A stretch of 64,000 nucleotides of DNA from Macrostomum hystrix (Eukaryota > Animalia > Platyhelminthes), in the NCBI GenBank assembly GCA_950097015.1, contig CATNEN010000039.1:11532001-11596000 (forward strand). The letters run 5' to 3'. Below the pieces are notes generated by a model, which was not told the origin of the DNA, did no database searches, and saw only the letters and a list, made by a program, of their open reading frames with translations. The translations under genes and the position numbers were made by a program. The first letter of the stretch is position 1. Each line of letters opens with the position of its first letter. Below are positions 53,011 to 64,000 of the stretch, piece after piece.

Positions 53011-53612
53011 TGGTTTAGTTACATTGGAATCAGTGGAATCGATTTTATTCGCCTCCAATCAATCGTTTACTTTCTAGGAAATAATTACATAACGACTGAT
53101 TAAGCGAGCCTAAGAAACGATGCAATAAAAAAACAAAGCTAAAGCAGCAAATCGTTTTTATGACAAACTTTCTTAATTAACTCAACATCAAAAGCTAATA
53201 ACTAGAACTAGTAAGTGATATTACGAAATGCAGCTAATTGATAACAAAAAAGACAGCACTACAAGCTTCTGAACTGCATGGTGATCAATTTATACTGACT
53301 CGGGAATACAAAATAACTACTTAGGATGGAGAGAATGTGGCAGAGAGAACAACCATAGAAAATTGAAAAAAAACTAAACACATTAAATAACTAGTCTTTT
53401 CTTCATAAGCTAAGAAAAATATAATGCGATACCGATTTTAAACCAACCAAAAGCCAACAGGCTCCTGCATTCCCAAAAACAAAGCATGAAACAAATCTAA
53501 ATAAATTGCAGCGAGAATTAAGAAAATAATATACCTTTTTGTCTAAGACTGGCAGTTTTGTACACCAATATTGCCTTCATAACATTTCCAGCTGAGCAGT
53601 ACAACACGATTA

Positions 53613-54718
53613 ACGGTTAATCTGTACGGGTAGGATTCGGGGTTTAATCTGTACGGGTAGGATTCAGGGTTTATTCTGTCCGGGTAGGATTCAGGGCTTA
53701 TTCTGTACGGGTAGGATTCAGGGTTTAATCTGTACGGGTAGGATTCAGGGTTTAATCTGTACGGGTAGGATTCAGGGTTTAATCTGCACGGGTAGGATTC
53801 AGGGTTTAATCTGCACGGGTAGGATTCAGGGTTTAATCTGCACGGGTAGGATTCAGGGTTTAATCTGTACGGGTAGGATTCGGGGTTTAATCTGCACGGG
53901 TAGGATTCAGGGTTTAATCTGCACGGGTAGGATTCAGGGTTTAATTTGCACGGGTAGGATTCAGGGTTTAATCTGTACGGGTAGGATTCAGGGTTTAATC
54001 TGCACGGGTAGGATTCAGGGTTTAATCTGCACGGGTAGGATTCAGGGCTTAATCTGTACGGGTAGGATTCAGGGCTTAATCTGTACGGGTAGGATTTAGG
54101 GCTTAATCTGTACGGGTAGGATTCAGGGTTTAATCTGTACGGGTAGGATTCAGGGCTTAATCTGTACGGGTAGGATTCGGGGTTTAATCTGTACGGGTAG
54201 GATTCAGGGCTTATTCTGTACGGGTAGGATTCGGGGTTTAATCTGTACGGGTAGGATTCGGGGTTTAATCTGAACGGGTAGGATTCGGGGTTTAATCTGT
54301 ACGCGTAGGATTCAGGGTTTATTCTGTACGGGTAGGATTCAGGGTTTATTCTGTACGGGTAGGATTCAGGGTTTAATCTGTACGGGTAGGATTCGGGGTT
54401 TAATCTGTACGGGTAGGATTCAGGGTTTAATCTGTACGGGTAGGATTCAGGGTTTAATCTGCACGGGTAGGATTCGGGGTTTAATCTGTACGGGTAGGAT
54501 TCAGGGTTTAATCTGCATGGGTAGGATTCAGGGTTTAATCTGCACGGGTAGGATTCGGGGTTTAATCTGTCCGGGTAGGATTCAGGGCTTATTCTGTACG
54601 GGTAGGATTCGGGGTTTAATCTGTACGGGTAGGATTCAGGGTTTAATCTGTACGGGTAGGATTCAGGGTTTAATCTGCACGGGTAGGATTCAGGGTTTAA
54701 TCTGCACTAGTAGGATTT
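53613..54718. repeat. 27-bp minisatellite (GGTAGGATTCAGGGTTTAATCTGTACG)
   Basis: Tandem units visible. Confidence 0.96.
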
Positions 54719-55104
54719 AAAGTTCTCAAATAGATAGGATTCGCAGTTAATTTGCATAACCGAATCGCATCTGGGATTCAGCTAATCCTAGATAAAAATA
54801 AAAGTTTAAAAATATAATTATTGCTTGTTGAGCTTGACAAAAGAATAGCAACAAAAATTATTAGGTTAAATAATTTAATAAACCTTTCCTTCAGTTTAAT
54901 AACCGAGAAAAATAGAGCCAAATAAATTTTAAGTAACAAAAGCCAAAGCGGAAGCATCGCACGGTACCTTAATGCTCATGTTTGATAGATAGATTGCCAA
55001 GCACAATTAGTTTATAAAAAACTGGTTGATAGCTAATGAGGATCAGATGAGAGCAAAAAAGCTATTTGAAGTGTACTTTTTGCAAAGTTCTGTGTACTTG
55101 AGCG

Positions 55105-56152
55105 ATGGGCTAGTGCACATTAGCCAAGCTGGTGAGGGAAGAGGTTGAAATGGGCTAGTGTACATAGCCATGCTGGTGAGGGAAGAGGTTGAAATGGGCT
55201 AGTGTACATAGCCATGCTGGTGAGGGAAGAGGTTGAAATGGGCTAGTGTACATTAGCCATGATGGTGAGGGAATGGGCTAGTGTACATAGCCATGATGGT
55301 GACGGAAGAGGTTGAAATGGGCTAATGTACATTAGCCACACTGGTGAGGGAATGGGCTAGTGTACATAGCCATGATGGTGACGGAAGAGGTTGAAATGGG
55401 CTAATGTACATTAGCCACACTGGTGAGGGAATGGGCTAGTGTACATAGCCATGCTGGTGAGGGAAGAGGTTGAAATGGGCTAGTGTACATTAGCCATGAT
55501 GGTGAGGGAAGAGGTTGAAATGGGCTAGTGTACATAGCCATGATGGTGAGGGAAGAGGTTGAAATGGGCTAGTGTACATTAGCCATGATGGTGAGGGAAG
55601 AGGTTGAAATGGGCTAGTGTACATAGCCATGATGGTGAGGGAATGGGCTAGTGTACATAGCCATGATGGTGAGGGAAGAGGTTGAAATGGGCTAGTGTAC
55701 ATAGCCATGATGGTGAGGGAATGGGCTAGTGTACATAGCCATGATGGTGAGGGAATGGGCTAGTGTACATAGCCATGATGGTGAGGGAAGAGGTTGAAAT
55801 GGGCTAGTGTACATAGCCATGATGGTGAGGGAAGAGGTTGAAATGGGCTAGTGTACATAGCCATGCTGGTGAGGGAAGAGGTTGAAATGGGCTAGTGTAC
55901 ATAGCCATGATGGTGAGGGAATGGGCTAGTGTACATAGCCATGATGGTGACGGAAGAGGTTGAAATGGGCTAATGTACATTAGCCACACTGGTGAGGGAA
56001 TGGGCTAGTGTACATAGCCATGATGGTGACGGAAGAGTTTGAAATGGGCTAGTGTACATTAGCCACACTGGTGAGGGAAGAGTTTGAAATGGGCTAGTGT
56101 ACGTTAGCCACGCTGGTGAGGGAAGAGATTAAAATTGGCCAGTGTACATTAG
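55105..56152. repeat. About 44-bp minisatellite with shorter deletion variants (GAGGTTGAAATGGGCTAGTGTACATAGCCATGATGGTGAGGGAA)
   Basis: Tandem units visible. Confidence 0.95.
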
Positions 56153-56699
56153 CGATAATAGCGATAAGAGGGAGGGTTGAGCACGCACAACAGATCTGTG
56201 ATGTAAAAGCAGTTAATTACGAGCTTAAATTATATTGGAATTATTGTGATAAGCAGCTAGGATTACAATATACAGCTCGAAAACTGTCGTAAAATATCAA
56301 TAATTGACTGTAATATCGGTAAAACAGGAAACTCATAGCAGAGACTATTATAGTTAGTTAGAGAGTACAAGAGAGTGAGCATTATATTGCAAGTAAAGAA
56401 AAAACACATAATGATAATAAACTATGATTGCCAGTGAAGAAAAAATGTTAAAAAAGAAAATTTATGTCGCTAAAAGAAAATCTTTACACAAAATGTGGAA
56501 TTTATTGGATATCATATTTATCCATGTGCATCTGTATATTGCAGTTGTCTGTGCCTCTCTTCTCAATGAAATTTTTAGTGCAAAAAGGACTAAAATAACA
56601 TAGTAATACAAAAAAGTATTTCTATTAAATGAACAATACTTAGTAAAATCCAATCTTAAAACAATTGATTCTGATATTGAGAAGGACTATTGATGTACT

Positions 56700-57692
56700 G
56701 GACTTTTTGAGCAGTCTTTTTGATTAACTAGACCCTTTGAGCAGTCTTTTTGATTAACTAGACCCTCTGAGCAGTCTTTTTGATTAACTAGACCCTTTGA
56801 GCAGTCTCTTTGATTAACTAGACCCTTTGAGCAGTCTTTTTGATTAACTAGACCCTTTGAGCAGTCTTTTTGATTAACTAGACCCTTTGAGCAGTCTTTT
56901 TGATTAACTAGACCCTTTGAGCAGTCTCTTTGATTAACTAGACCTTTTGAGCAGTCTTTTTGATTAACTAGACCCTTTGAGCAGTCTTTTTGATTAACTA
57001 GACCCTTTGAGCAGTCTTTTTGATTAACTAGACCCTTTGAGCAGTCTTTTTGATTACCTAGACCCTTTGAGCAGTCTTTTTGATCAACTAGACCCTTTGA
57101 GCAGTCTTTTTGATTAACTAGACCCTTTGAGCAGTCTTTTTGATTAACTAGACCCTTTGAGCAGTCTTTTTGATTAACTAGACCCTTTGAGCAGTCTTTT
57201 TGATTACCTAGACCCTTTGAGCAGTCTTTTTGATTAACTAGACCCTTTGAGCAGTCTTTTTGATCAACTAGACCCTTTGAGCAGTCTTTTTGATTACCTA
57301 GACCCTTTGAGCAGTCTTTTTCATTAACTAGACCCTTTGAGCAGTCTTTTTGATTAACTAGACCCATTGAGCAGTCTTTTTGATCAACTAGACCCTTTGA
57401 GCAGTCTTTTTGATTACCTAGACCATTTGAGCAGTCTTTTTGATTAACTAGACCCTTTGAGCAGTCTTTTTGATTAACTAGACCCTTTGAGCAGTCTTTT
57501 TGATTACCTAGACCCTTTGAGCAGTCTTTTTGATCAACTAGACCCTTTGAGCAGTCTTTTTGATTAACTAGACCCTTTGAGCAGTATTTTTGATTAACTA
57601 GACCCTTTGAGCAGTCTTTTTGATCAACTAGACCCTTTGAGCAGTCTTTTTGATTAACTAGACCCTTTGGGCAGTCTTTTATGCGGACTAGA
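56700..57692. repeat. 30-bp minisatellite (GACCCTTTGAGCAGTCTTTTTGATTAACTA)
   Basis: Tandem units; the ORF 56687..57367 is an artefact. Confidence 0.96.
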
Positions 57693-57836
57693 CCTATTCA
57701 GTACTCTTGGTTATTTTTATGGGAATTATTTTGGACAGTTACTAATTATGACTAAAATCAGTCCATTTATGACTAAACTAACTTTAACAAACCTAGTAAT
57801 AATGATAACTGTGTCACTTTACTATCAATTCGATAA

Positions 57837-59619
57837 TCAAGTGAGTATATTAAAAATCCACATGCAGACAATAGCAGCGCAATCTAAACACAGTAGTCGC
57901 GAACTAGCTAATACCTGTTTCCACTGGACGGCAGGCAGTCGAATCAAGCAGAATATGGTGATTAAGTGAATGACAATATGCGACATAGTCATCCAATAAT
58001 CTCGCAGCATTATATGCCGGCTAACATACTGCAACAGTGTTAGCAAATTTGTAGCCTTAATTAATAGCGGGCCGCAGGTAAGCAATGCGGCCCAATTTAG
58101 TGGCAAAGGTTGAGGAGCTTGCAAATTGCAGCTCAAATAGATTAGAGCCCAGCATAGAAGTGCCTGCAGACTGTAAAACACGGCGTAGTGCAGAGAAGCA
58201 GACGGTCGACTCGCATTGATGGACTGCGGGGAGATGAGTTGAACCTACTTGGTCATTACCCTCCTAGGATCGATTGGTCTAGTTGGTCATTGACCTCCTA
58301 GGATCGATTGGTCTAGTTGGTCATTACCCTCCTAGGATCGATTGGTCTAGTTGGTCATTACCCTCCTAGGATCGATTGGTCTAGTTGGTCATTGACCTCC
58401 TAGGATTGATTGGTCTAGTTGGTCATTACCCTCCTGGGATCGATTGGTCTAGTTGGTCATTACCCTCCTAGGATCGATTGGTCTACTTGGTCATTACCCT
58501 CCTAGGATCGATTGGTCTACTTGGTCATTACCCTCCTAGGATCGATTGGTCTAGTTGGTCATTACCCTCCTAGGATCGATTGGTCTAGTTGGTCATTACC
58601 CTCCTAGGATCGATTGGTCTAGTTGGTCATTACCCTCCTAGGATCGATTGGTCTAGTTGGTCATTGACCTCCTAGGATCGATTGGTCTAGTTGGTCATTG
58701 ACCTCCTAGGATCGATTGGTCTAGTTGGTTATTACCCTCCTAGGATCGATTGGTCTAGTTGGTCATTAGATTAAGGATCGATAGGTCATTACCCTCCTAG
58801 GATCGATTGGTCATTACCCTCCTAGGATCGATTGGTCATTACCCTTTTAGGATCGATTGGTCATTACCCTCCTAGGATCGATTGGTCATTACCCTCCTAG
58901 GATCGATTGGTCATTACCCTCCTAGGATCGATTGGTCATTACCCTCCTAGGATCGATTGGTCATTACCCTCCTAGGATCGATTGGTCATTACCCTCCTAG
59001 GATCGATTGGTCATTACCCTCCTAGGATCGATTGGTCATTACCCTCCTAGGATCGATTGGTCATTACCCTCCTAGGATCGATTGGTCATTACCCTTTTAG
59101 GATCGATTGGTCATTACCCTCTAAAATGACGCTGTTAAAAACCCAAATAATCCATATAAATGTTTAACAAAACAAAGGCAAACATACCTGAAACGTGGAC
59201 CAAAACAAGTCGTAGGCCATTAGCAAATTGGCGATCAGAGCAGCGATGATGCCGAGTCGCCATGAAGGCAGTCGCCAGATCGCATCGGCAGCTCGATGCA
59301 ACAGCAACACACTGCAGGCTAGCAGGGCCAGAAGTAAGGCACTCTGCGGCTCGCCATTAATATAGACATAGCGATAGGCACTAGAATAGAAATTCGGCCG
59401 GCCCTGACTATAATAAGTCCGGCCCTCTAAGAAGCCATCGTAGCAACGGCAGCTGCAGTTTAGCATTTGCTGTTGCATAGCCCGATTGAGATCGCTGTAC
59501 CAAAGTCTCTTATAAACTAGGCCAATTTGTAAGCAGGGTAGGCTAATGAGAGCCAGTAAAGTTGCTATCAATGGTCTTGGATTGTTCACAGCTGCTGATG
59601 CAGCCATCAGAGCAGGCAT
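57837..59619 (-). CDS. Uncharacterised multi-pass membrane protein, about 272 aa; exons 59619-59188 and 58223-57837
   Basis: Two hydrophobic ORFs join in phase 0 across GTATGT...CCGCAG; N-terminal TM segment, CSCRCYDG loop, then several TM segments. Confidence 0.7.
58248..59122. repeat. Minisatellite that switches from a 34-bp to a 25-bp unit (GGTCATTACCCTCCTAGGATCGATT[GGTCTAGTT]), intron of the membrane-protein gene
   Basis: 34-mers up to about 58768, 25-mers from about 58784. Confidence 0.95.
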
Positions 59620-61107
59620 TGAATTTTTTACCTAGGTTTACAGTGGGATATTTGATGGTCTCGTGGAAATTTCTGGAAAACAATAGTAATTTTTACATGA
59701 AAGTTTACTTTTTCCAACTAAACATAATCAATTAAAAAATCTATAGTGAAGGTAGCAAACTGTGAAACTAGATCAGAAAATATGCATGGAATTAACTTAT
59801 GAGTGGCATAATTTTCATTTTTAATATCACATTTTAATATATTTTGAAAAATTATATAATTAGCTATTGATTACATCGATTTCATGTTGAATCATACTTT
59901 GCTATACCTAAACTAGACTCATTTTAAATTTTTTATAGTTATAGTTGCATTTCTAATAGCCACAGTTTATGATTTCAAGAGACGAGACTATAAAGCTGAT
60001 ATATTCTTAAGATCATTATTAAGGATTTTAATTTACACTTTCAAGATAGGAGCTTAGGATCAATGTTATCAAGATCTTATGAGTTCTATAGCACACCCTT
60101 TAATACCCAAATCTTAATTTTGGGCTAATAAACATATTTTTGCAACATATACTAAGAGAAGACATTTTAACAACAACAAACCAAGTTTAATCCCACTTTA
60201 AACCTCTCTTTAACAATGATTTCAATGAAAATGTAATTGGTAGCATATCCAAAATACTATGGTACCATCTAGAAACTATATACTTTTTCAATAAAACAAT
60301 GTGCATTCATTACTATTTTTATATGAAAAAAATATTTTAATAGATATTTCCAAAACACAGAAGGGATATCCCTGAAGTAAGTTTTGATCAACAGTATAAG
60401 TGCATTCACAGTTAAAAGAAAAGTCTTGAAACTTTAACAATAGTCAAAACAGAATCTCTGAGTTCAATTTAGGAAATTTGTAGAAGTCACGAGAGCCAAA
60501 TTTGGTGAATAGCATAGATATGCAAAGAACCTTAATAAACTTCTTCAATTGATTTAGAATTTCTTTTAGAACTTTTCCAAGCTTGTTATGAATCTATTTC
60601 CTAATAAAATAAATTTAAGAACAAGAAAAAACTCAAGTCTTCTAGCTTTCTAAGACTGCATTTGCTTTAAAACTAATGGTACTTTTGGCTATATGCATAT
60701 AGCTGAATTATGTATTGGAATAACATATTGCCTAGTTGCTAAACTGTACTAAAAATATTTAACCATAACAGCAAAACTCTTTTGGATAGAAATGATTATT
60801 GGTCCAGTAATTGGGCAAAAAAGAAGCTTGGTTATTTGTCTGGTTACAAGACTGGTTACATAACTATGTGTTATTGGTCTGGTAACCATGTCTTTGTAAG
60901 CATCTGGTTTACATGGTTACTAGATAAATAATATACATTGCTATCTGGTAACTATAAGAATTATACATACATAAAGGCATGCTAGGGTATGGAATTTACT
61001 TTGTTTTTCCTTTTATAGGCCTAGTGGATATCATTTCAGATTAACTATTGACATAGAACTATACTAAGCATGAATAAATGTTTCTATTCAACAAATGACT
61101 GATTACT

Positions 61108-61578
61108 AAAGGCAGTGCTTATCCCCACTGTACCGTAGAAATAATTTGTCTTATTCCTACGGTAGGCCCTACTGTGAGAATAATTTCCTGCTTATCCGCA
61201 CAGATATCTGCTAGGCCCAATACATTTAAGTTAAAAATACAAGAATTCAATAAATAAAATAATAAATTTACCCATGATTAGGCCAAACACCTTTTGATTC
61301 AGAAACATGTGTGCCACTATTGTAGCACACATAAATGACTTTGTAGTACTTCAATGCAACCTTTAGTGTAGTTTTTGGGACTTGGCATTGAGCACTAGAA
61401 ATAGTATGTGACTCTCTAATTTTCAAGATAGATAAGATAGATAGAAAGATATGTTGAAGATAGGACAGCTATCTCGTTAGTATGCCATGAGGATAAGCAG
61501 GAAATTATTCCCATGGTACCATAGGAATAAGACAAAAATTATTTCTACTGTAACTGTGGGGATAAGCACTGCCATTAC
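61108..61578. mobile_element. MITE-like element with about 85-bp terminal inverted repeats; a partial copy at 62457-62497
   Basis: GGCAGTGCTTATCCCCAC..TA..GTAGAAATAATTTGTCTTATTCCTA...AATAATTTCCTGCTTATCC (61111-61197) is the reverse complement of 61492-61573. Confidence 0.75.
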
Positions 61579-63289
61579 TAAAAGGCTGATTATCTAATAC
61601 CTAGACAAATAGCTCAGACTCAGTTTCTTATTTGCCTGTTTACTATACCAATAACCACTTCTTTTTTTGGGATAGCCCTGATAATCTAAGTTTTTCATGA
61701 ATTACATAAAGTATGCTATGTCACTTTTTATTAGGGCCTACTAAAAATAGCTAGGCCTAGCTATTTATCTATAAAGCTAGCTAGTTAGGGTAATGTATCA
61801 TCAACCGAACAGTGTATCTTCAAAACCAAACAAGAATTTTGACTTCTTCCTTGGTCTCGTGCAAGACAGAAACAAGCTATTGTGTTTCACAGAACAACTA
61901 ATTTGAAAGTGGAAGAAATTATCTACAAGCTGAGGCATGATTTGCAATGAAGCATTAAGAGGAAAGAAAGATATTGTTGTTTCAGTAGAAATTTTTATTG
62001 CAAAAGCATACTTTTTAATACCATTTTTTCAGTATGTACTTTAGACGAAGATTGTATATGGTTGCTTGCCAAATAAATGACCATATATGTAGTTATTTAT
62101 AGAGCATGAAAAATGCTTTCAAATTACATAATTCATGATAGTTCACCCCTTAAAATAAGATTAAACCACTCACTCAAATTTTAAAACCAAACATCAAATT
62201 CTCTGTTTGGTTAGAAGATAGGCCTACATGAAAATCATTGTTTGGTTTTAGATAAAAAGCAGGAATAACTTTTTTTTCTATTTGATAAAATAGCAAAAGC
62301 AGATACTTTTTAGAAAGATGTAAATGTTTTCTATAACTTGGCTTTTGATTTATCATCATATCTTAGATAGAAAATCTGTAGCTTAGGTTTGAAGTTAAAA
62401 AAATACATATTCTTGTTTGGTTGATGATACATTACCCTATCTATAAGGCCTATTGAGCTTATCCCCACTGTACCGTAGAAATAATTTGTCTTATTCCTGC
62501 TATCTATCTATCTATCTATCTATCTAATAGACTTCAACAATGTTGATGTTTTAGGTATTGTTTTGCTCCTTCTGCTTGTGCTATGACATATATTTCAGGC
62601 CTAAGTGTTGGCACTAATTAAAATATAGGGCTTCTTGAACTTTATCCCAAAAATATAAAGGATCATATAGAATAGTTCCAGTTTAGTAGGCACATAAATC
62701 TGTCTAGGCCTATATATGTTTTTGAGGGTGCTGAGATCATAAAAGAATACAATTTTGTTTTATCTTATCTACAACCACTTTCTATGGAATGGCTTCCCTA
62801 TCATGGGATGACCCCACATAGGGAATTTGGAATGCTGCTTAGGAATAGGACATTTTGCTAAATTGCAAGAGTCAACCTAGTCCTAGCCCTAAGGACTTGC
62901 TAGACATAAAAGTATAGAGGCCTATTTTCTTTATAAAGCAATACTGGTTATAAGAACCAAGAACAAAATACTATGCCTATAGCTAGGACTATGTAGGCCT
63001 ACCAAGGCCCAATTCCCTTGTCCATGGAAGGTTTAACTTAGTCTCACTAGGTCTACGTGTCTGTCCTTCTGTTCCAATGAAAATAACATAAAATTATATG
63101 ATTCAATATTCAAAACTAAGCCATAGTATTGTCAGTGCATAACAGCATTTTTTTAATAAAGCTACAATGATTTTTACTCATAATTTACATGTAATACGGC
63201 ATTGATTAATAATGATATGCAAAAACACATAATATTATAATTAGCTAGCTATAAAAGCTATAATATGAATTCCAAGATACATGTCCGTA

Positions 63290-64000
63290 ACAGAATTCCG
63301 GTCGTTTCGGCCATACGCAGTTTCGGCCATAGCCGTTTCGACCAAAAGCCGTTTCGGCCATAGCCGTTTCGGCCAAAAGCCGTTTCGGCCTCAAACCATT
63401 TCGGCCCACATACTTATTAAGCGGCTTTATGGTATTGTTTGTTTGTCAAGGAACTTCTTTTGGCACAACTTTTTCAGTTTTGTTAACTTTCTAAACAACG
63501 ACGCTATGGCACGAATTCAACTTATACAATATTTACAACACAGATGAACATAATAATGCTACATGGACTACTAATAGTAGAAAATGGAACATAAAGAGTT
63601 CTGTCCGTAATTTTCAGTACATTTAAGCAGTCCTTAAAATGAGTTGAAGCCTAAAGGGCTGTACATCTGTAAGTTATATTTCGTCATTCGATGAGAATCA
63701 ACAATTCAATGCCTGTGCATTTAGCTATCCGTCGCGCATAAAATAACTGCTTGGTTTTATCGCGCATAAAATAACTGCTTGGTTTTACAATTATATATAC
63801 AGCAAAATATTTTTCTATGGGGCTGAGAGGTGGCATGACATATATGCATGTAGCTGAAGCTCCAAGCTTGCCCAACCCAAGAAATTTGGAGCGGATGGGC
63901 CGACGAGCGCGGCAAGCGGCTTGGCCGGAAGAACCAGTCAATTTGGACTTTGACATCCAAAAAGCAGCTGTGCCTCTGCATTTGCGCCTAAGCGACGTCC
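63290..64000 (+). mobile_element. Left part of a Mutator-like (MULE/Phantom-type) element, running out of the window
   Basis: Tandem (C)GTTTCGGCC motifs at 63303-63407 as in MULE repeat-type TIRs; the frame from 63853 reads APSLPNPRNLERMGRRARQAAWPEEPVNLDFDIQKAAVPLHLRLSDV, resembling the pre-catalytic segment of animal MULE transposases. Confidence 0.55.

Overview
Eukaryotic (animal) genomic DNA. The gene style (short GC-rich exons with polyQ/polyA tracts, nearly every intron occupied by its own minisatellite) resembles the flatworm Macrostomum lignano; that attribution is inference. Plus strand: the 3' three exons of PI4KB, then compact, essentially intronless genes (UBE2D-like E2, two tandem paralogues of a small NDUFA4/B12D-like membrane protein, a C-type-lectin pseudogene, ferritin, and a secreted LamG-like gene nested in a kinesin intron). 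Minus strand: three head-to-tail genes, a 2-exon multi-pass membrane protein, a 12-exon ANAPC1 and a 10-exon KIF27/KIF7-like kinesin; exon models were traced by hand with phase-compatible GT-AG junctions. Mobile DNA: a near-complete piggyBac (TTAA TSD, one frameshift) in ANAPC1 intron 2, a solo LTR with a 4-bp TSD nested in an inverted-repeat element, a P-element/THAP9-like relic, a MULE fragment at the right edge, MITE-like palindromes, and a tRNA-headed SINE (four long copies plus fragments). Main leads: (1) the SINE 3' region carries a 14-nt exact match to the HDV ribozyme P3/L3 core plus a 7-bp P1-like helix with a G-U wobble, in circularly permuted order; (2) 21 of 24 visible introns carry distinct tandem arrays; (3) a possible trans-spliced operon on the minus strand.
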